Source: Candidatus Falkowbacteria bacterium (GTDB lineage: Bacteria > Patescibacteriota > Patescibacteriia > Patescibacteriales > UBA12465). From it: 64,000 nucleotides of DNA. Positions 58,319 to 64,000 of the stretch are shown here, in pieces. Location: NCBI GenBank assembly GCA_016432645.1, contig CP066698.1, positions 20,245-84,244 of the forward strand, in the 5' to 3' direction. A model generated the notes under the pieces. The model saw nothing but the letters and a program-made list of their open reading frames with translations, ran no database searches and was not told the DNA's origin. Both the position numbers and the translations under genes were made by a program. Position 1 is the stretch's first letter. Every line of letters begins with the position of its first letter.

Positions 58319-58948
58319 ATGGGAAGAAATATTGATAATAAATGCAAACAATGCCGCCGCGTCGGTGAAAAACTTTTCCTCAAAGGGGAAAGATGTTTTT
58401 CGCCAAAATGCGCGATGGTTAAGCGTAACTACGCTCCTGGCTTCCATGGCCCTAAAGGACGCAAACGTTTAAGCGACTTCGGAACTCAGTTGACTGAGAA
58501 GCAAAAAGCTAAGAAATATTACGGCGTTTCCGAAAAACAATTCCGTTTGACTTTTGAAAAGGCGGCTAAGAAACAAGGTGATGCCGGTAAAAATTTCTTG
58601 AAATTATTGGAATCTCGTTTGGATAACGTTATTTTCAAGGCCGGTTTTGCCAGTTCTCGCGCGCAAGCCCGCCAATTAGTAAATCACGGTCATTTTACCG
58701 TTAACGATCGCAAGACCGATGTCCCATCTTTCAGTGTTAAGCTTGGGCAAGTTATTAAGATTAAAAAATCTAGCCAAAAGAGTCCATATTTTAGAAATGC
58801 CAACGAGAAAATTGCTAAAGCCGAAAGACCGAGCTGGATTAATTTCAACAATACAGAGATGGCCGCGAAGATTTTACATGAACCTAAGGATGAGGATCTT
58901 CCACAAAGCATCAATGTTCATATGATCATTGAATATTATTCAAAATAA
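58319..58948 (+). CDS. rpsD: 30S ribosomal protein S4 (zinc-binding type)
   Basis: CKQCRR, LESRLDN, ARQLVNHGH, IEYYS. Confidence 0.98.
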   Translation: MGRNIDNKCKQCRRVGEKLFLKGERCFSPKCAMVKRNYAPGFHGPKGRKRLSDFGTQLTEKQKAKKYYGVSEKQFRLTFEKAAKKQGDAGKNFLKLLESRLDNVIFKAGFASSRAQARQLVNHGHFTVNDRKTDVPSFSVKLGQVIKIKKSSQKSPYFRNANEKIAKAERPSWINFNNTEMAAKILHEPKDEDLPQSINVHMIIEYYSK

Positions 58949-58957
58949 AAAAATAAT

Positions 58958-59803
58958 ATGCAAAACATCGCTAATCCTAAGAAAATTGATTTTAAAGCCG
59001 TTGGTAATGCCAACGAAGGAATCATTACTATCGAGCCTTTATTTCCTGGCTATGGTATGACCTTGGGAAACTCTTTACGCCGCGTGCTCTTGTCTTCTTT
59101 GCCGGGGGCTGCTGTTATTGGAGTTAAAATTAAAGGCGCTAGCCATGAATTTATGGCTCTGCCTCATGTCAAGGAAGATGTTTTAGAAATGATTTTGAAC
59201 TTGAAGCAATTAAGACTTAAAGTTTTTACTGAAGAAGAAATTCGCTTGGAATTAAAAGTTAAAGGCAAAAAAGTGGTTACTGCTGGTGACATCGCTAAAA
59301 ATAGCGATGTAGAAATTAAAAATCCGGAGTTGGTAATCGCTAATATCACCGATGAGGCCGGCAGCCTGGAAGCGGAAATTTTAGTTAAAGGTGGACGCGG
59401 TTATAAGATGTCTGAAGGTAATAAAAAAGAGAATAAAGAAATTGGTTTCATTGAAGTCGATTCTATCTTCTCCCCAGTAACATTAGTTAGCATCCAAGTT
59501 GACAATGCTCGTGTCGGTAAAATGACCAACTGGGATAAATTAGTTTTAGATGTTAAGACCGATGGTACTATCAGCCCGGAAGACGCTTTTAATGAAGCGG
59601 TTAAGATATTAGTTGAACAATATAAAGCTTTATTGCCGGAAAACATCGGCAAAGAAATGGCGGCAGAAGCCGAAGCTGATCCAGCCGAAGTTGAAGAGAT
59701 TTCTGAGGCTGAAGAAGACGTTGTTGAAGAAGATGAAGAAGAGGAAGCCCCAGCAGCCGCTAAAAAAGAAAAAAAAGAAAAAGTTAAAAAACCAAAGAAA
59801 TAA
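58958..59803 (+). CDS. rpoA: RNA polymerase alpha subunit (N-terminal domain plus charged tail)
   Basis: EPLFPGYGMTLGNSLRRVLLSS, HEF, EDV, DSIFSPV, TDGTISP. Confidence 0.97.
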   Translation: MQNIANPKKIDFKAVGNANEGIITIEPLFPGYGMTLGNSLRRVLLSSLPGAAVIGVKIKGASHEFMALPHVKEDVLEMILNLKQLRLKVFTEEEIRLELKVKGKKVVTAGDIAKNSDVEIKNPELVIANITDEAGSLEAEILVKGGRGYKMSEGNKKENKEIGFIEVDSIFSPVTLVSIQVDNARVGKMTNWDKLVLDVKTDGTISPEDAFNEAVKILVEQYKALLPENIGKEMAAEAEADPAEVEEISEAEEDVVEEDEEEEAPAAAKKEKKEKVKKPKK

Positions 59804-59815
59804 TCAATCCTGTTT

Positions 59816-60166
59816 ATGCGTCACAGAAATAAAAACAAAATTTTAGACCGTGAAAAAGGTCCACGCGAACTGATGCTTCGGAATTTAGCATCCAGCATTC
59901 TTTTATATGAAAAAGTGAAAACAACCAAAGCTAAGGCCCAGGCTGTTAGACCTTTAGTTGAGAGAATGATTACGGCTTCTAAAGCTGGAGATTTGGCGGC
60001 TCGCCGCGGTTTAATCAAAGTTCTCTTACAGAAGAACGCTATTAAAAAAACCATGGAAGTTTTGGGTGTCCGCTATAAAGAACGCGCTGGAGGTTACACC
60101 AGAATCGTTAAGCTGGGAGTCAGACAGGGCGATGGTGCGGAAATGGTTCAAATTGAATTAGTATAA
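59816..60166 (+). CDS. rplQ: 50S ribosomal protein L17
   Basis: MRHR, TTKAKA, GGYTRI, RQGDGAEM. Confidence 0.98.
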   Translation: MRHRNKNKILDREKGPRELMLRNLASSILLYEKVKTTKAKAQAVRPLVERMITASKAGDLAARRGLIKVLLQKNAIKKTMEVLGVRYKERAGGYTRIVKLGVRQGDGAEMVQIELV

Positions 60167-60170
60167 AAAT

Positions 60171-60527
60171 ATGAAAAATATTGAAAGAAAATTGCATCAG
60201 CTGGACGCCACTGATCAAACTGTCGGCCGTTTAGCCACTAAGATTGCCAATCTGCTTCATGGAAAAAATAAACCGGAATACCAAGCCCATATTGATATGG
60301 GCGATATTGTGGAAGTCAAAAATATCAGCAAGTTGAAATTTACCGGCAAGAAACTGGACCAAAAAGAATATCATCATTTTTCCGGCTATATCGGCGGCTT
60401 AAAATCTAAAAAAATGTCCACGGTTTACGCGCTTAATCCGGGAGAAGTTTTACAAAGAGCAGTTAAAGAAATGTTGCCGCCAACTAAATTGCGCGTTAAT
60501 ATGCTCAAAAGATTAATCATAAAATAA
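60171..60527 (+). CDS. rplM: 50S ribosomal protein L13 (short)
   Basis: DATDQTVGRLAT, GKNKP, DMGD, SGYIGGLK. Confidence 0.96.
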   Translation: MKNIERKLHQLDATDQTVGRLATKIANLLHGKNKPEYQAHIDMGDIVEVKNISKLKFTGKKLDQKEYHHFSGYIGGLKSKKMSTVYALNPGEVLQRAVKEMLPPTKLRVNMLKRLIIK

Positions 60528-60528
60528 T

Positions 60529-61029
60529 ATGGCAGATAAAAAAACCAAAGACATCATGGAAGATGAATTTGAAGCCGCAATTGACGACACTACTTTTGAT
60601 GATAAGGAATGGGCCAAGAATGAAAGTGTAGTTGAATTTTCCGGTAAATATATAAAAGCTGTCGGCCGCCGCAAACAGGCTTCCGCTCAGGTTCGCTTAT
60701 ACGAAGGCGGCAAGGGCGTGATTATGGTCAACGGCAAACGCGCCGCGGAATATTTCCAAGGTGAAGGATTTAATAACATTGTTCAACCCCTGAAAGTAAC
60801 CGGACATAATCGTGATTTTAATTTTTCTGTAATTGTTAAGGGTGGCGGCAAGTTCGGCCAAGTTGATGCTGTTAAATTAGGTATCGCCCGTGCTATTTTT
60901 ACGCTTGACCCGAATACTAAAGAAGCTTTAAAAGTTAATGGCTTTTTAACCCGCGATCCAAGACAAGTTGAAAGAAAGAAACCGGGTTTAAGAAAGGCGA
61001 GAAAAGCCCCACAATGGAGTAAGCGTTAA
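60529..61029 (+). CDS. rpsI: 30S ribosomal protein S9 with acidic N-terminal extension
   Basis: GRRK, GGGKFGQ, LTRDPRQVERKKPG, QWSKR. Confidence 0.98.
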   Translation: MADKKTKDIMEDEFEAAIDDTTFDDKEWAKNESVVEFSGKYIKAVGRRKQASAQVRLYEGGKGVIMVNGKRAAEYFQGEGFNNIVQPLKVTGHNRDFNFSVIVKGGGKFGQVDAVKLGIARAIFTLDPNTKEALKVNGFLTRDPRQVERKKPGLRKARKAPQWSKR

Positions 61030-61048
61030 TTTCTGTATCTATATATAT

Positions 61049-61079
61049 CAAAAAGTCGTTCTTTCCGGACGGCTTTTTG
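61049..61079 (+). terminator. Terminator after rpsI
   Basis: CAAAAAGTCGTTC-tttcc-GGACGGCTTTTTG. Confidence 0.7.
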
Positions 61080-61110
61080 CTTTATAATATGTGTTTGTTA
61101 TAATCAAGAT

Positions 61111-62205
61111 ATGGAAGCAATCCTCGAAAAATTAAAAGAACTGCAAACCAGATTATTAAAAATCAAGGCGCTTTTGAATATTGAAAGTAAAATTGGTCGT
61201 GAGCAGGAGTTGCGCGCACAGATGTCGGCGCCTGATTTTTGGAGTAATCAAGAGGCGGCTGTTAAGGTTGGCCAAGAAGCGGAGGAGTTAGCGACGGAAA
61301 TTAAGCAGTGGGCCGCGATTGAACAAGAAATTAAAGAAACCCAAGAAATGGCTGCTTTAGCTAAACTCGAAGCGACAGATGATTTGACTCAGGAGCTGGA
61401 AAAGAAAACTAACTTTTTGGAGAAGGATTTTTCCCAATTAGAGTTCTTTTCGCTATTTTCGGGATTACATGATAGAGCTAATGCTTTTGTCTCCATTCAC
61501 GCCGGTACGGGCGGCGTGGACGCTCAGGATTGGGCTCAGATGCTAGAACGCATGTATTTACGCTTTGCCGAGCGTAAAGATTTTAAGGTAGAAATTTTGG
61601 ACAGAAATTATGGTAATGAGGCGGGAATTAAAAGTGTTGATTTGCGGATTAGTGGCGCCTATGTCTATGGCTACTTGAAAAGCGAGAATGGCGTTCATCG
61701 TTTGCTGCGTAATTCGCCATTTAATGCTGACGGTTTGCGTCAGACCTCCTTTGCCTTAGTGGAAGTTATTCCAGAAATTGCCGATGAAGGCGCGGTCGTT
61801 ATTAAGGATGAGGATATTAGAATTGACGTCTTTCGTTCCAGCGGTCCGGGAGGCCAAAGTGTGAACACAACTGATTCGGCGGTGCGCATTGTTCATATTC
61901 CGAGCGGCATTACCGTCTCCTGTCAAACTGAGCGCTCACAACATCAAAATAAGGAAAATGCTTTTAAAATTTTACGGGCTAAATTAAATCAGCGGCTTTT
62001 AGAAGAACGGGAAGCCGAAGAAAAGAAGTTAAAAGGTGGCGTCCAGAAAGCGGAATGGGGCAAACAAATCCGGTCTTATTTTATGTATGGCAACAAGTTG
62101 GTTAAAGATCACCGCAGTGAATACGAAACCTCTAACGTGGATGCAGTTTTAGACGGTGATTTAGAACCGTTTATGGAAGCCTATTTAAGATTTTTAAAGA
62201 AATAG
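61111..62205 (+). CDS. prfB: Peptide chain release factor 2 (single reading frame)
   Basis: SPF tripeptide (RNSPF), GGQ, DAQDWAQML, WGKQIRSY. Confidence 0.96.
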   Translation: MEAILEKLKELQTRLLKIKALLNIESKIGREQELRAQMSAPDFWSNQEAAVKVGQEAEELATEIKQWAAIEQEIKETQEMAALAKLEATDDLTQELEKKTNFLEKDFSQLEFFSLFSGLHDRANAFVSIHAGTGGVDAQDWAQMLERMYLRFAERKDFKVEILDRNYGNEAGIKSVDLRISGAYVYGYLKSENGVHRLLRNSPFNADGLRQTSFALVEVIPEIADEGAVVIKDEDIRIDVFRSSGPGGQSVNTTDSAVRIVHIPSGITVSCQTERSQHQNKENAFKILRAKLNQRLLEEREAEEKKLKGGVQKAEWGKQIRSYFMYGNKLVKDHRSEYETSNVDAVLDGDLEPFMEAYLRFLKK

Positions 62206-62233
62206 TTTATCCTCATTTCATTACCAGTTAGTT

Positions 62234-62263
62234 AAAATACTCTCATCATGAGAGTATTTTTTT
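62234..62263 (+). terminator. Terminator-like hairpin between prfB and comEC
   Basis: AAAATACTCTCA-tca-TGAGAGTATTTT followed by TTT. Confidence 0.7.
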
Positions 62264-63526
62264 ATGCTAACGCCATCTAAAATATTTTTTATTATCAATT
62301 TAGGTTTTATTCTGTTTATTGGCCTGCGCAGTTTCAATAACTGCGCTTTTTTGCCGGTTTTTAAAAATACCGACGTCGCTTTTTATAATGACCGGAACTT
62401 AGATTTTAAAGGCTGGGTTTGTGAAGAAGCGGATGTCGATTATAAAAGTCGGCGGCTGACCGTCTGTGCCGGCAGTCGGGTTTTAATAACAACCAATCTT
62501 TATCCAGAATATGAGTATGGCGATTTTTTACAAATCAGCGGTTTAGTTCAGAAGCCAGAAGAATTTAAGGGTTTTGATTATGAACGCTATTTGGCGCGTT
62601 ATGATATTTATTCAGTGATGTATTATCCGAAAATTACTCGGGTTAACGGCGAACTAAATTTTGGACAGAAAATTTATGAGCAGCTTCTAAAAATTAAACA
62701 GGGAATTAAATTAGTGATTGATAAATCTTTGCCGGAGCCGGAAGCAGGCTTGGCAGATGCTCTTCTGCTTGGTTATCGCCGCACTATCTTAAAGGAGAAT
62801 TCAGATATTTTTGCGCGCGTAGGCCTAAGTCATTTGATTGCCATTTCCGGCTCCCATATTACAATTATGAGCGCCATGGTTTTAAATGCCGCTTTGTTTG
62901 TTGGTCTGCGTCGCCGGGCCGCTTTAAAAATTGTTTTTGCGTTTTTAGTTATTTATCCACTGGTGACTGGGTTGAGCGCTTCCGCTGTCCGCTCGGCGAT
63001 TATGGGCGGCCTAGTATTTCTAGCTTTATATTATGGACGTTTATCATCAATTATTCGCGCCTTAGTTTTTTCCGCGGCGCTCATGTTAATGTTTAATACG
63101 CGGTTGTTGCGGAGCGATATTGGTTTTCAACTTTCGTTTGCGGCGGTTTTAGGTATTATTTATATTTATCCTTTGTTTTCGCCACTCACTCAGAAAATAA
63201 AAAAGAAATTTTCTGGGCTGCTTGGAAAAATAACGTCGTCCTTATGGGAAATATTTAGTTTGACGCTCGCTTGTCAGTTAGCGGTCTTGCCGATTATGAT
63301 TCATAATTTTAAACAATTTTCCATAATTTCTTTTGTGGCTAATCCGGCGGTTATTTGGATATTTCCATTTTTGCTCGCCGCTTTAATTATTCCAATTATC
63401 CCGGCATTAATATTTCCCAGTCTAGGCCCTTGGTTGTTTGCGCCCGCTTATTTGATGTTGAAGTTTATTTTTGTGGCGTCTCATTTTTTTGCGGCACCGA
63501 GTTGGGCGGCGATAAGTTTTAATTAA
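62264..63526 (+). CDS. comEC: ComEC/Rec2 competence protein (no beta-lactamase domain)
   Basis: FDYERYL, GLSHLIAISGSHI, SAVRSAIM, GFQLSFAA. Confidence 0.92.
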   Translation: MLTPSKIFFIINLGFILFIGLRSFNNCAFLPVFKNTDVAFYNDRNLDFKGWVCEEADVDYKSRRLTVCAGSRVLITTNLYPEYEYGDFLQISGLVQKPEEFKGFDYERYLARYDIYSVMYYPKITRVNGELNFGQKIYEQLLKIKQGIKLVIDKSLPEPEAGLADALLLGYRRTILKENSDIFARVGLSHLIAISGSHITIMSAMVLNAALFVGLRRRAALKIVFAFLVIYPLVTGLSASAVRSAIMGGLVFLALYYGRLSSIIRALVFSAALMLMFNTRLLRSDIGFQLSFAAVLGIIYIYPLFSPLTQKIKKKFSGLLGKITSSLWEIFSLTLACQLAVLPIMIHNFKQFSIISFVANPAVIWIFPFLLAALIIPIIPALIFPSLGPWLFAPAYLMLKFIFVASHFFAAPSWAAISFN

Positions 63527-63534
63527 ATTAAAAC

Positions 63535-63561
63535 AAAAATCCCGCAGTTAGCGGGATTTTT
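63535..63561. terminator. Bidirectional terminator between comEC and rpmB
   Basis: AAAAATCCCGC-agtta-GCGGGATTTTT. Confidence 0.85.
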
Positions 63562-63585
63562 ATATTTTGGAAACTAGAGGTAAAA

Positions 63586-63873
63586 TTATTTTTTAGCTGC
63601 TGTCTTTTTAACTTTGGCAACCTTCACAATTTTCTTACCGGTCTTGCGAGCGGTTCCGGCTTCACCAACTTTAAGAGCTGGTTTTCTTTTAGCCTTAACT
63701 CTCACCGGTTTAGCTAAGGTTCTCATACAAGAAGTGCAGACCTTAACTTTGACACCTTCAATAACCTTGCTTTGCAAGTTGATATTTTGTCTTTTTAGGG
63801 TTTGAATCTTGGAGTGGGAACGGCTGGCGCCTTTAGTTGCGCCCCGTCCGCATAAATCACATTTTTTGGCCAT
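63586..63873 (-). CDS. rpmB: 50S ribosomal protein L28 with Lys-rich C-terminal extension
   Basis: MAKKCDLCGR, RSHS, NINLQ, KVCTSCMR. Confidence 0.95.
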   Translation of the reverse strand: MAKKCDLCGRGATKGASRSHSKIQTLKRQNINLQSKVIEGVKVKVCTSCMRTLAKPVRVKAKRKPALKVGEAGTARKTGKKIVKVAKVKKTAAKK

Positions 63874-63953
63874 ATTGGTTTATTTGCTTATTTTAATGGT
63901 TTTATTCTAACAGCATTTTTAAAATTAATCAAGTTATGTTATAATTGGCCTAT

Positions 63954-64000
63954 ATGATAGAGATATTTCAAATAATAGTGCTGATTCTATCAGCCATAAT
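63954..64000 (+). CDS. 5' fragment of a membrane protein (possibly a site-2 protease); runs off the right edge
   Basis: ATG at 63954 gives MIEIFQIIVLILSAI..., preceded by a TGnTATAAT extended -10. Confidence 0.45.
   Translation, partial: MIEIFQIIVLILSAI

Noticed and set aside
690-63805. Many 60-170 aa ORFs antisense to, or nested within, known genes (for example 690..983, 2158..2514, 23138..23554, 24876..25343, 36779..37294, 41990..42385)
   Set aside because: They are shadow frames of well-supported genes and show no recognisable motifs.
1-64000. Alternative genetic code (UGA read as Gly, as in Gracilibacteria/Absconditabacteria)
   Set aside because: Core genes are full length under code 11, TGA ends ruvA and mreD, and RF2 is present.

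Overview
This 64 kb window is gene-dense bacterial chromosome in the standard genetic code (ruvA and mreD end in TGA). Start codons have AT-rich contexts with no Shine-Dalgarno sequence. The gene content suggests a Patescibacteria/CPR organism (Parcubacteria/ABY1-like, by inference): type-2 IleRS, archaeal/eukaryote-type ProRS, short AlaRS, RpoA with no recognisable alpha-CTD, and no biosynthetic metabolism genes. From left to right it holds the end of a polysaccharide locus, tyrS-holB-lipoprotein-frr-rseP-raiA, nrdAB, an orphan membrane gene, secA, a six-gene nucleotide-processing cluster, ileS, lemA-SPFH-htpX, NIF3, U32, ruvA, proS, mreBCD, rmlC/HIT/rmlB, a second mreB, glycosyltransferases, an S8 protease, a degenerate PilB/GspE ATPase, mraY-ftsW-murG-murC-ABC-murB, alaS, the infA..rpsI cluster, prfB, comEC and rpmB. 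I found no tRNA, rRNA, CRISPR array, transposase or integrase by eye. The best candidate for an undescribed system is the cluster between secA and ileS. There an ASCH protein, an HD nucleotidase, a nucleoside-deoxyribosyltransferase-like protein and an MTH1-type Nudix are interleaved with two paralogous unknown proteins carrying a UVR (UvrB/C-type) motif. Also notable are a class Ic (Mn/Fe, no radical tyrosine) ribonucleotide reductase, two self-contained orphan genes that share a leader motif, a PilB-like pseudo-ATPase, and charged low-complexity extensions on RpoA, S11, S9 and L28. No database searches were run; all calls come from reading the sequence.
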